From Bacteroidales bacterium (GTDB taxonomy: Bacteria > Bacteroidota > Bacteroidia > Bacteroidales > WCHB1-69), in contig JBBRGJ010000001.1 in NCBI GenBank assembly GCA_038240835.1, positions 3,776 to 67,775 on the forward strand: DNA of 64,000 bases, read 5' to 3'. The translations under genes were made by a program, and so were the position numbers. Of this stretch, positions 34,873 through 44,113 are shown in pieces (within the stretch, counting starts at the first letter, position 1; every line of letters starts with the position of its first letter). Under the pieces are notes generated by a model, which was given only the letters and a program-made list of their open reading frames with translations, was not told where the DNA came from and made no database searches.

Positions 34873-35977
34873 GATACGCTTTTTTTAGTTCGTTAATGAT
34901 TGCGTTTGAGGTGTCTGGTTTGAAGAAAAGGTTGCACCCCTCGTATTCAATCTTTGAAAAAGTAATTGTTTCCTGATATATTTGTTCGCTGTTGAACGGA
35001 ACATGAATTACATTTTCACCGCAAATACGCCCTTTTTGCCGATCTCCCAAATTTAATACATATTTCCCAAAGGAAGCGGCTTCAATGATTCCACTCGAAG
35101 TATTTCCTATCATCAAAGCACAATGTTTCATGGCAGAGAAGTAACCACGTGTTCCTAAATTTTCAACACAAATTATTCTGTTTTGTGTTTCTGCTGAAAG
35201 GCGCAACAATCGATCTCGAATCACTGCATTGCTGGTATCTGCATTGGGTAAAGTAACCAATACTTGAAACTCGTTCAAGCGAAGAATTGCATTTGAAAAC
35301 GCTTCAATGTTTTGTTGATTATTTTCGGGATGAATAGTTTCAGGATGTATCGTTGTTAATATAGTTGGGGGAGATAAATCAATGGAAAATTGATCTTTAA
35401 ATTCTTCGATTGAATAGAGAGAAATTGATTTTAAATTTTCTAAACTTAATGCTCCAACATTAAAAACGTTTTTTTGAGATGAAATTAGTTCTTCAACTCT
35501 TGATTTGTGTTGTTCACAAGAGGTAAAATGGAGTTTGGAAGCATGGGTAATGGAATTTCTAAAAATGTTATCCATTGCACCCAAGGTGGTTTCCCCGCCA
35601 TGAATATGCGCAAAGTTAATCCCAAATGGAATTCCGGCAGTTACAGCTGCAAACATTTCGTATCGGTCGCCAAGGCATAATACCCAATCGTATTTTGTTG
35701 AATATTTGTCCCAAAAATCAGAAAATTCGGCAATAGTTTTGGCAATGGCTTTAGAAATATCAACGGCAGAATCTCCTTTTGGAGTGGTTTTTAATTTGTA
35801 CTTTACGTTAAAGCCATCTTTCAATATTTGGTCGATTGTATATCCAAACTCGTGCGACAGGTGAGTGCCAAAAGCAATAATGTCGAATTCTAAATCTACT
35901 GTTTTATCTAGCGTTTTTAAAAGGGGAACATATACTCCGTAATCTGCACGCGAACTGGTGAGAATTGCAATTTTCAT
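34859..35977 (-). CDS. neuC: hydrolysing NDP-N-acetylhexosamine 2-epimerase (NeuC/LegG type)
   Basis: MKIAILTSSRADYG start. ATG 35977 forms an ATGA overlap with the neuB stop. Confidence 0.8.
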   Translation of the reverse strand: MKIAILTSSRADYGVYVPLLKTLDKTVDLEFDIIAFGTHLSHEFGYTIDQILKDGFNVKYKLKTTPKGDSAVDISKAIAKTIAEFSDFWDKYSTKYDWVLCLGDRYEMFAAVTAGIPFGINFAHIHGGETTLGAMDNIFRNSITHASKLHFTSCEQHKSRVEELISSQKNVFNVGALSLENLKSISLYSIEEFKDQFSIDLSPPTILTTIHPETIHPENNQQNIEAFSNAILRLNEFQVLVTLPNADTSNAVIRDRLLRLSAETQNRIICVENLGTRGYFSAMKHCALMIGNTSSGIIEAASFGKYVLNLGDRQKGRICGENVIHVPFNSEQIYQETITFSKIEYEGCNLFFKPDTSNAIINELKKAYRENI

Positions 35978-36996
35978 AACAAATCCTCCCAAGCTAATTG
36001 GTCGTCAGAAAACAAGTTCTTGATTGTCCTTTTTCCAATTACTTTGTCAATTTCCATCGGCGAGATGCCATCTCCTGGCCTTTTCATGATTAAATCTGTG
36101 GCTTTTATTTCTAGTCCAGCTTTGATGTCATTTTTTACATGAATACTTTTGCGGGCAATATCTTTATTTTTTATTTCCGATGGAGAAGCCGTTTTTATTC
36201 CATCACCGCTCAGGGCAAGTTCCACATTCCTGATGGCTTCTACCATCGCTTTCAATTCATTGGGTTCGAGTGATGCTGCGTGATCTGGACCTTTCATCTT
36301 TCGGTCTAATGTAAAATGTTTTTCAATAATAGTAGCTCCTAATGCAACTGCTGCAATGGGAATTTCAATGCCTAAAGTGTGATCCGAATAGCCAATTTCG
36401 ACTCCAAATTCCGATTGAATATGGAGCATCGCTCTTAAGTTTACATCGCGCATGGGGGTTGGATATTCCGTATTGCAATGCAATATAGATATTTTATCCA
36501 TTGAAATACCTTCGTTTGTAAGGACTTTTAATGCATCTTTTATCTCTCCTAAATCAGACATTCCAGTAGACAATACGATGGGTTTCCCTTTTTGAGCAAT
36601 GTGTCTTAATAAAGGAAGATTTGTGATTTCGCCAGAGGGGATTTTGAAAAAAGGAATTCCAATCTCCGATAGAATATCAACACTGATTTCGTCAAATGCA
36701 GTGGACAAAAACTGAATTTTTTTACTATCGCAATAAGCCTTGAGATCTAATAGTTCAGTTTCTGATAACTCGAGTTGCTTGAGCATTTGATATTGAAAGC
36801 CATTCTCATTTAAATCATTTTTTTTCTGATATTCAGCCATTTTAGCACTCTTTGAAACAATATTTTCGGCTTTAAATGTTTGAAATTTGACAAAATCTGC
36901 CTTTGCATCCGTTGCCGCGTCAATCAATTTTTTAGCAATTGATATTGATCCGTTGTGGTTCACTCCAATTTCAGCAATAATGATGACCTTTTTCAT
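35974..36996 (-). CDS. neuB: nonulosonic acid synthase (NeuB/LegI type)
   Basis: IIAEIGVNHNGS motif, TIM-barrel part and a C-terminal SAF domain. Confidence 0.85.
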   Translation of the reverse strand: MKKVIIIAEIGVNHNGSISIAKKLIDAATDAKADFVKFQTFKAENIVSKSAKMAEYQKKNDLNENGFQYQMLKQLELSETELLDLKAYCDSKKIQFLSTAFDEISVDILSEIGIPFFKIPSGEITNLPLLRHIAQKGKPIVLSTGMSDLGEIKDALKVLTNEGISMDKISILHCNTEYPTPMRDVNLRAMLHIQSEFGVEIGYSDHTLGIEIPIAAVALGATIIEKHFTLDRKMKGPDHAASLEPNELKAMVEAIRNVELALSGDGIKTASPSEIKNKDIARKSIHVKNDIKAGLEIKATDLIMKRPGDGISPMEIDKVIGKRTIKNLFSDDQLAWEDLL

Positions 36997-37631
36997 TATT
37001 TTATTTGTCTTTTTAATGGATTTCCAAAATACATACTAGGTACTTCGATGGATTTATTTACAATACTTCCAATTCCGATGATTGTATTATCCGGAATTTG
37101 GATATTATTTGAGAGGATACTTCCACTTCCAATAAAACAATTATTGCCAATAGTGCAATTTCCATTAATGATTACGCCTGTTGAAATATGAGTGTTATTG
37201 CCAATTATGGTATCGTGTTCGATGAGAGATTTTGAGTTTATGATGCAATTTTCGCCAATAATTACATTTGAATTTACCAAAGCATGATTCATGACAATTG
37301 ATCCTCTGCCAATTTTTGCAAATTCTGAAAAATAGGCAGCTTTTGAAACAATGGTTGCCAATTCGCCCCCTTTACTAAGAACTAAATTCATAAGATTTTT
37401 ACGAAGGGTGGAATCTTTGATTTGTCCTACAGTAATAATAAATTGGCAAGATGAAGCATGTTTTGAAATAAGTTCATCTGTCCCGATGATTGGAAATCCA
37501 CAACAGAACTCTCCAATTCTGTCTGATTTATCTAAAATTCCAATGATGGTATAGTCAGAGTTTTTCGCAACTTCAATTACAGAATTACAGTGTCCTCCAC
37601 CTCCAATTAATATCAACTTCTTTTTTTTCAT
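36996..37631 (-). CDS. NeuD/PglD/LegH-family sugar N-acetyltransferase
   Basis: LILIGGGGHCNSVIEVA Rossmann-like N-terminus followed by hexapeptide repeats. Confidence 0.8.
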   Translation of the reverse strand: MKKKKLILIGGGGHCNSVIEVAKNSDYTIIGILDKSDRIGEFCCGFPIIGTDELISKHASSCQFIITVGQIKDSTLRKNLMNLVLSKGGELATIVSKAAYFSEFAKIGRGSIVMNHALVNSNVIIGENCIINSKSLIEHDTIIGNNTHISTGVIINGNCTIGNNCFIGSGSILSNNIQIPDNTIIGIGSIVNKSIEVPSMYFGNPLKRQIK

Positions 37632-38779
37632 ATTCTTACACTACTAGGTATATTCACCACTCGTTCTTCAACCCAAATTGAATTTGTTAATTCATCTGTT
37701 TGACAATCCTTATACATCGGCAGTCGGTTCATTAGTTGCCAAACAGGTCTGGTCATTACCCCAGCAGCATTCGTTTCTTGAAGAAATTGTTGCTGAATTA
37801 TTCTATTTGGCAATATCACAGCGTTTAACCAATAGTTGGATTTGCAATCAATGGGTTCGTTAAAGAAATCGATGCCTTTTATGGTCGAGAAAAATGACTT
37901 ATATTTTTGAGCTGTTTCTCTCTTGTTTTCAATAATCTTTTCGATCAGTTCCATTTGTGCACAACCGAGCGCAGCATTTATGTTTGGCATTCGATAATTG
38001 TACCCAATTTCATCATGTTCAAAATTCCATGCATGAGGAACTTTAGCTTGGGTGGTGAGATGTTTGGCTTTAATGGCCAGATCTTCATCGTTGAAAAGTA
38101 ACATACCACCACCACCAGTAGTAATTGTTTTATTTCCATTAAAACTTAATACGCCAATTTTGCCAAATGTGCCCGTATGTTTCCCTTTGTAAAAACTCCC
38201 TAAGCTTTCAGCGGCATCTTCTATTAATTCTAACTTCCATTTTTTGCACACACTTAACAGTTCTTCAATACGAACCGGATGCCCAAATGTGTGCATTGGA
38301 ACACAAGCTTTTATTGTTCGCTTGGTCTTTATATTTATGCAATGTCCATTTCTGAGTTCGGCATTTTGTTCTAACCATTTTTCAACAGCAATAGGGGAGA
38401 GTCCCATGGTCTCTTTGTCCACATCTATAAATATTGGATGCGCATTGCAATAGGAAATAGCATTCGCAGTTGCAACAAATGTAAGTGCCTGGGTAATGAC
38501 TTCATTATCTTTCTCTACGCCCAGCAATTTGAGTGCTAAATGTAATGCATTGGTGCCGTTAACACACGCAACCGCTTTTTTTGTTCCGGTATATTTCTCC
38601 ATTTTTTCTTCAAAGAGATCGACATATTTCCCAACACTTGAAACAAAGGTTGAGTCAATACACTCTGTAAGATATTTCTTTTCTTTTCCGTTAAAAGTTG
38701 GACTGTGCAACGTGATTGTGTCGTTTGAACAGGCATATAAACTTTTGACGAATGAAATAAATAATTTAATATTGATCAT
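37628..38779 (-). CDS. DegT/DnrJ/EryC1-family PLP aminotransferase (LegC type)
   Basis: HSPTFNGKEKKYLTECIDSTFVSSVGKYV N-terminus and SFNGNKTITTGGGG (PLP Lys). Start set at the internal ATG 38779; the ORF-track extension is hydrophobic junk. Confidence 0.8.
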   Translation of the reverse strand: MINIKLFISFVKSLYACSNDTITLHSPTFNGKEKKYLTECIDSTFVSSVGKYVDLFEEKMEKYTGTKKAVACVNGTNALHLALKLLGVEKDNEVITQALTFVATANAISYCNAHPIFIDVDKETMGLSPIAVEKWLEQNAELRNGHCINIKTKRTIKACVPMHTFGHPVRIEELLSVCKKWKLELIEDAAESLGSFYKGKHTGTFGKIGVLSFNGNKTITTGGGGMLLFNDEDLAIKAKHLTTQAKVPHAWNFEHDEIGYNYRMPNINAALGCAQMELIEKIIENKRETAQKYKSFFSTIKGIDFFNEPIDCKSNYWLNAVILPNRIIQQQFLQETNAAGVMTRPVWQLMNRLPMYKDCQTDELTNSIWVEERVVNIPSSVRI

Positions 38780-38895
38780 GTAATATAAATAATTGACAAA
38801 AATTAAGATATAGCAAAGCCCTTTCACTCACATTGATATTTTGTTTAAATATATGAGTTACAGCTATTTGTGTTATTTTTTCTGAGAAAATTTAA

Positions 38896-39393
38896 TTATA
38901 TTTTCTCTATGTCATTTCCCATTAATTCAAAGACAAAGGCTTGCCCAATGGCTTCAATGATAATCAATACTTTTGATTTACCCTTGATTTGGGTTAACAC
39001 TCCTTGCATTCCTTTAAATGGTCCTTTTTTTATCAATACGTTGTCTCCCAGCTGAATGTTTAGTGTCGAAATCAACTGAGGTTTTTGTTCAATGCTTAAA
39101 TACTCTTTAATCCCGTCAATGATTGATTTGTCAATTTTATAATCTATGTTTTCAAATTTAATAATCTTGGCAACTCCTTCGGTGAATAATATATGATCTC
39201 TCTGTTTTGGTGAAAAGTAGACAAATAAATATCCCGGAAAAAGTGGCTTCTCTACCCATTTTTTTCGGTCACTCCACTGAACATATTCTTTAAAAAGAGG
39301 AAGATAGGTGTCAAACCCTTGCATATTGAGTATATGGTCACATTTTTTTTCAAATCTCGACCGTGTGACTAATATGTGCCAACTCTTCTCCAT
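38896..39393 (-). CDS. UpxY-family NusG-like transcription antiterminator
   Basis: NGN domain (WHILVTRSRFEKK..PLFPGYLFV) plus KOW (GDNVLIKKGPFKGMQGVL). Heads the biosynthetic part of the polysaccharide locus. Confidence 0.8.
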   Translation of the reverse strand: MEKSWHILVTRSRFEKKCDHILNMQGFDTYLPLFKEYVQWSDRKKWVEKPLFPGYLFVYFSPKQRDHILFTEGVAKIIKFENIDYKIDKSIIDGIKEYLSIEQKPQLISTLNIQLGDNVLIKKGPFKGMQGVLTQIKGKSKVLIIIEAIGQAFVFELMGNDIEKI

Positions 39394-39420
39394 TCCCCTC
39401 TAGGTCATTATTATATTAAA

Positions 39421-39453
39421 AATAATCTGGGAGATTTAACCTCCCAGATTATT
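39421..39453 (-). terminator. 13-bp-stem hairpin plus T-rich tail between the ompA-like gene and upxY
   Basis: aataatctgggag / ctcccagattatt with a 7-nt loop. On the minus strand it is followed by tttaatataat. Confidence 0.55.
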
Positions 39454-39461
39454 CAAACTTA
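39454..39461 (-). promoter_or_regulatory. -7-like box TAAGTTTG (minus strand) overlapping the ompA-like stop, upstream of the upxY hairpin
   Basis: The reverse complement of caaactta matches TAnnTTTG. A 13-bp-stem hairpin follows immediately, then the upxY ATG. Confidence 0.35.
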
Positions 39462-40763
39462 TTTTATGATAATAAAATCAACCCGACGATTAATCGAATT
39501 ATTTTTGCTCGACAATGGATCGGAGCTAACTTTAACCATTGTTTCCAATCGAGATCTATTAATGTTATACTCTTTTGCTAACATTTCGAGCACCGCTTTT
39601 GAACGATTATTTGCAAGTTTATTATTTACCCCATCTTTGTCTCTTTTGTCGGTATGAGCAATTACTGTGAGGCGTGCATTTGGATACGTTCTTAAATAGA
39701 GCGCTACAGCTGCCATGTTGGCAAAATTATTTCTTGTAATTGTATAACTACCTGTTTCGAAATAAACAGAAGGAAGTACTGCTCCAAAACTTACTTGTTT
39801 ATCAGACATTAGAGAGTCTACCTTGTCAGAAATATCTTGTGTCTTTTCCTTCAATGCAATCACTTTTTCATCCACAGGTTTTACTACGGCTTGTGCAATA
39901 GAATCCATTTTGGTGTTTTTAAGTGCAGCAACTTCTTTTGCTAACGAATCTACTTTTTGGGCCAATGCGTCATATCCATCGGTATTATTTTTTGCATTTT
40001 CGTATTCTCCCATATTAACCCACTGGAGGGATTTCTCTTTTTTGCCAAAGATGTAATGGACCCCAAAATGGGTATAGCTATATTTGTCTCTAGGGTTGTA
40101 TTGACGTTCAAAGGCATCTAACTTATCAGAATTTAAATTACGGAGGTTTGTCTCTAAATTGATGAAAATTTTCTCGCTAATACGATATTTTACTCCTAAT
40201 CCAACTGGGAATACGGCTTCAATAGTTCTATCTGCTTTAGTGTTTCCATTGTCGCTATATCCTCTACTTGCGACAAATACATCTTGGTCAAGGGTTGTTA
40301 GTTTTGCACGGAAGGCAACTAATCCAAATCCAATTAATCCATAAAAATCCAATTTTTCATTCAATTTCAAACGAGGAGCCCACCATTTACTAAGACTTAC
40401 GGTCGCATTAAAACCATACTCCATGATATTTGAATTGAATTTCAGATTAGCTACTGCATGGTTTTTCCAATTCGTTTTTTTTCCAGCTAAATCCCCATAG
40501 ATAAATTGTCCCTGAAGTCCAAGAATAGGAGACACTTGGTACCCAACAACAGCACCGCCTCCAAATTTCCATTCACCACTCACTGGCATGTAGTCTTGTT
40601 GTTTAATATTGGTAAAAGTAATCATAGTTCCACCATTTAAACCAATGTAAAATCGGTTGTAGCCTTTGTATTCAGGTTCAACCGTTTTTTCAATTTGAGC
40701 AAATGTATTTTGCGCAAAAATGAGTGTTATTAAGATAAGTATTCCCCTTTTAATTGTTTTCAT
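39459..40763 (-). CDS. OmpA-family protein: N-terminal beta-barrel, central coiled coil, C-terminal OmpA domain
   Basis: Signal peptide. Coiled-coil-like segment (ALAQKVDSLAKEVAALKN...KEKTQDISDKVDSL). C-terminal OmpA motif (TDKRD..NNKLANNRSKAV..NRRVDFII). Confidence 0.8.
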   Translation of the reverse strand: MKTIKRGILILITLIFAQNTFAQIEKTVEPEYKGYNRFYIGLNGGTMITFTNIKQQDYMPVSGEWKFGGGAVVGYQVSPILGLQGQFIYGDLAGKKTNWKNHAVANLKFNSNIMEYGFNATVSLSKWWAPRLKLNEKLDFYGLIGFGLVAFRAKLTTLDQDVFVASRGYSDNGNTKADRTIEAVFPVGLGVKYRISEKIFINLETNLRNLNSDKLDAFERQYNPRDKYSYTHFGVHYIFGKKEKSLQWVNMGEYENAKNNTDGYDALAQKVDSLAKEVAALKNTKMDSIAQAVVKPVDEKVIALKEKTQDISDKVDSLMSDKQVSFGAVLPSVYFETGSYTITRNNFANMAAVALYLRTYPNARLTVIAHTDKRDKDGVNNKLANNRSKAVLEMLAKEYNINRSRLETMVKVSSDPLSSKNNSINRRVDFIIIK

Positions 40764-40769
40764 ATAGTC

Positions 40770-43214
40770 TTACTTTTTGTTTTTACGGAATAAAGATAAA
40801 ATATTTTTTTTGTTCTTATTGTTAACATTGTCAGAATAATAATAATTGTGGCGATATTTATACCCATATTTATATCGATATTCATAGCTGTCTCGCCTTG
40901 AATCGTCGTTGAGGATAATTCCAATGCTTCTTATCTGTTCAGTTTTATATACGTTGTTTATGTCTTCTAAAAATCTTTTTCTTGTGTATTTCAAACGAAC
41001 AATATATAAAATAGTGTCAACGTTTGGAAAAATTTGCAATGCATCCGAAACAATATTGATAGGCGGAGTATCTATGATGATAAATTCATATTGTTTTTTC
41101 AACTCATCAATCATTTTTAACATATTTTCAGACCCAATCAATTCTGATGGATTTGGAGGAATTGGTCCCGCTGCAAGATAATCTAAATTAGCGATATGCG
41201 TTTTGCTGATTGACTCGTTAATGGTAGATTGCCCTGATAAATATGTGCTTATCCCCGTATGCGACTCTGAATCGAATACTTTAGATAATCCAGGATTTCG
41301 AAGATCCAGTCCAAGAATAATAGTCTTCTTGTTTGTGATGGCATAGCCAATCGCAATATTCACTGAAATGAATGTTTTTCCTTCGGATGGAATTGAAGAG
41401 GTGACTAATATAGTGTGTTGGTCTGTATTGTTTAATATAAATTTCAATTTAGTTCTTAATGCTCTAAAAGCTTCTGCGATATCCGATTTAGGAAAATCAT
41501 TTACAACCGTTGCGTTGGGATATTCCGAGTGGGGAATGCTTGTAATTATAGGGATTTTCGTAATGGGTGTGATATCTGTTTTTGATTCAATGTAGTCGTA
41601 TAAGTTTTTCTTAATGATTACGTATAAAATTGGAAGAAAAAGACCTAAAATTAATGATATTAAGTAAATTAATTGTTTGTTTGGGGATACTGGATTTGTA
41701 TTTATTGCGCGAGCACTATCAATAAGTTGACTGTCGGGCATGTTGGACGCTTTTGCAATAGCAGACTCAGCTCTTTTTTGAAGAAGAAATATATAAATAT
41801 CATTGTTTATTTTGAAATTCCGTTGCATTCCTATTAAAGAACGCTCAGTTTCTGGTATTTTCAACAACTCTTTGTCATAACTGGCTAAGTTTTTCTTTAA
41901 CTCTCTGATTTCAATTAAGGTTGTACTATTTAAACTTTTGATGGTTTCGATTATCCCATTTTTAGTTTCTGTAATTTGTTTGTTTATGTTTTGAACTAAT
42001 GGGTTGTTGTTTGTAGAGTTGAATTGCAATTTCCTCTTTTCTGAAGAAAATGAAAATAAGTCACTCACTAATTTGTTTAATAGTACGTCTGATATTCCCA
42101 TTACAGAAGGGGTGACAATATCCTTAAACTCATCATTGATTAAAAGATAATCGTTTAAGTATTTGAAATATTTTAATCGAAGTTCGGCCAACGCAATGTC
42201 TGTTGCAATTTTTTGTGACTGTTCATAAGCGCCAGCTACCTGAATGTCTACATTAATTACTTTATTTGTGCGTCTGAATGATTCTAGTTGAGATTCGTTT
42301 GAGTGGAGTGAATCAGATAGACCAGATAATTGCGTGTCGATAAAATCAATGGTTGAAGAAGCAATTTTGTTTTTTTCTAGTAAGTTGTTTATGGTGTATT
42401 GCTCAATAAATTCATTTAAAAAATCAATTGCCTCTTCTGAGTTATCATGAATTAAACTTACGTCAATGATGTCAGACTTTTTACTAGTAGGTTCTGCTTT
42501 AATAGAACTATTTAAAACTGTGGATAGATTTTTTAAATCCCTAATTTCAAAATAATACGTCTCATCAGTCATTATATTTTCATCAACTTCAGAATCTTTC
42601 CGCTCTTCTATCTTTAATTTTAACCAGTTTGTTTCTATCCATTGATCCGTTTTGAATGTTTGATTCAATGTTTTTGATTGAGGACTCGATTTTGAAGTTG
42701 TCAAGTCGATAAAGTTTATAGATTGGTTGTTGTGAGCCTCTAACTCTATTTTAAAGGTTGTTTTGTTGATAAATTTAAGTTTGAATAATCCAATTAGTTG
42801 TGGATGTGTTTCGTCAAAAACAACTGAAAAAGGAGCTTTTTTGTATATATTGTCTCTGCGAAGTTTGTTGAATTTGTAGTAACTGACAAAATGGTTCGAA
42901 TTCCTAATGGTTGCTTCAGCGATACTGTATGATTTAATAATCCCTATTTCGTTTTCAATGTTTTGTTGATTGTCAAAAAGACCAAATCCTTTCATTAATT
43001 CATCTGAATTTCCAGGTTTAGAATCTTTTTTTATTAAAATAGTTGAAGTTGCTTTGTATTTTCTTACAGTTTTGATGTTGATATAATAACCGACTGAGAA
43101 ACAAATCAATATACTTATCGGAAAGAAATACCAAATTCTAATGATATTGCTGATGTAGGATTTTATATCAATACTTTCATCTTTCTGTATGTTGTCAATT
43201 TGTTCAATGTCCAT
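40770..43214 (-). CDS. wzc: polysaccharide co-polymerase / BY-kinase (Wzc type)
   Basis: Wzz-like N-terminus with 2 TM helices. Walker A in VTSSIPSEGKT. C-terminal Tyr cluster YEYRYKYGYKYRHNYYY. Confidence 0.85.
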   Translation of the reverse strand: MDIEQIDNIQKDESIDIKSYISNIIRIWYFFPISILICFSVGYYINIKTVRKYKATSTILIKKDSKPGNSDELMKGFGLFDNQQNIENEIGIIKSYSIAEATIRNSNHFVSYYKFNKLRRDNIYKKAPFSVVFDETHPQLIGLFKLKFINKTTFKIELEAHNNQSINFIDLTTSKSSPQSKTLNQTFKTDQWIETNWLKLKIEERKDSEVDENIMTDETYYFEIRDLKNLSTVLNSSIKAEPTSKKSDIIDVSLIHDNSEEAIDFLNEFIEQYTINNLLEKNKIASSTIDFIDTQLSGLSDSLHSNESQLESFRRTNKVINVDIQVAGAYEQSQKIATDIALAELRLKYFKYLNDYLLINDEFKDIVTPSVMGISDVLLNKLVSDLFSFSSEKRKLQFNSTNNNPLVQNINKQITETKNGIIETIKSLNSTTLIEIRELKKNLASYDKELLKIPETERSLIGMQRNFKINNDIYIFLLQKRAESAIAKASNMPDSQLIDSARAINTNPVSPNKQLIYLISLILGLFLPILYVIIKKNLYDYIESKTDITPITKIPIITSIPHSEYPNATVVNDFPKSDIAEAFRALRTKLKFILNNTDQHTILVTSSIPSEGKTFISVNIAIGYAITNKKTIILGLDLRNPGLSKVFDSESHTGISTYLSGQSTINESISKTHIANLDYLAAGPIPPNPSELIGSENMLKMIDELKKQYEFIIIDTPPINIVSDALQIFPNVDTILYIVRLKYTRKRFLEDINNVYKTEQIRSIGIILNDDSRRDSYEYRYKYGYKYRHNYYYSDNVNNKNKKNILSLFRKNKK

Positions 43215-43217
43215 TGC

Positions 43218-44009
43218 CTATTTTTTTGAGATAAAAGAGATGATTACAATAACAGTGGTGATAGCACTTAATATAGTAGAATATGGGAAAACTGCTAACC
43301 CAAAAGGTTTGGTTTTCATAGGTTCAACATAAACTATATCGTTCGGCATTAAGATAAATGCCTCACTAGATATTAGAGTAGATTTAGTAATATCAATGGT
43401 TAATATCTTACAATTATCATCTCCAATTTTTCTCACAACGGATATGTTTCTTCTATTTCCGTATGGAGTTAAATCCCCAGCCATTGCAATTGCATCTAAA
43501 AGATTGATGTGCTTTTGTGATGCATAATACTGACCAGGTCTAATTACTTCTCCAAGGACTGAAAAGTTCGTATTGGCTAGCTTTACGCTAACTATTGCAT
43601 CAAGTATAAATCTATGCATTGATTTTTCAATAGCGTCTTTGAGTTGCTCTGTCGTCATTGATTTGCATGAAAAAGATCCCACTAAAGGCAATTGTATGTT
43701 AAACTCATCATCAATAGAATAAGTGGTTAGAAATAGAGAATATGGTGTTACAGATGCAGACGAAAATGGTTCGGTATTTTTTCCATTAATCAATGTCCTC
43801 ATTTCCGGATTAGTGGTTTTGATATCGATGTATAAATTATCTCCCTTTTGAAGTAAATAGGGTTGTGAGACTACTTTTATGGTGTCGTTGTGGTTCGATT
43901 TGTCTCGTTGTAGATACTTAAGTCTGCTTACAGGTGTGCAGGATGTTATTAGGAGTGATAGGATGCCTAATAAAACTAAAGTATATGTTATGTTATTGTA
44001 TTTCAGCAT
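43218..44009 (-). CDS. wza: polysaccharide export protein (Wza family)
   Basis: Lipobox ITSC, Poly_export-like LQKGDNLYIDI, SLBB-like region and a C-terminal TM helix. Confidence 0.8.
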   Translation of the reverse strand: MLKYNNITYTLVLLGILSLLITSCTPVSRLKYLQRDKSNHNDTIKVVSQPYLLQKGDNLYIDIKTTNPEMRTLINGKNTEPFSSASVTPYSLFLTTYSIDDEFNIQLPLVGSFSCKSMTTEQLKDAIEKSMHRFILDAIVSVKLANTNFSVLGEVIRPGQYYASQKHINLLDAIAMAGDLTPYGNRRNISVVRKIGDDNCKILTIDITKSTLISSEAFILMPNDIVYVEPMKTKPFGLAVFPYSTILSAITTVIVIISFISKK

Positions 44010-44052
44010 TTTAATTGTAATTCTCTATTTGAACAGATTTGTTGTATATATG

Positions 44053-44060
44053 CAAAATTA
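44053..44060 (-). promoter_or_regulatory. -7 box TAATTTTG (minus strand) upstream of wza
   Basis: The reverse complement of caaaatta matches TAnnTTTG, 44 nt before ATG 44009, inside the 104-bp wzi-wza spacer. Confidence 0.4.
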
Positions 44061-44113
44061 GTATTTTTTTACATTATATACTCTATTTTTTTTGTTAATT
44101 CACGAAAAGTAGT

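Noticed and set aside
37621-37628. An A8 homopolymer at codons 2-4 (MKKKK) of the NeuD/LegH-type acetyltransferase gene, and an A8 run inside wzy near 29970, as potential slipped-strand phase-variation switches. I also looked for invertible promoters flanked by inverted repeats upstream of upxY and the PGT gene.
   Set aside because: Runs of 8 A/T are common in this AT-rich sequence, Lys-rich N-termini are normal, and no inverted repeats flank the promoters. There is no positive evidence for phase variation.
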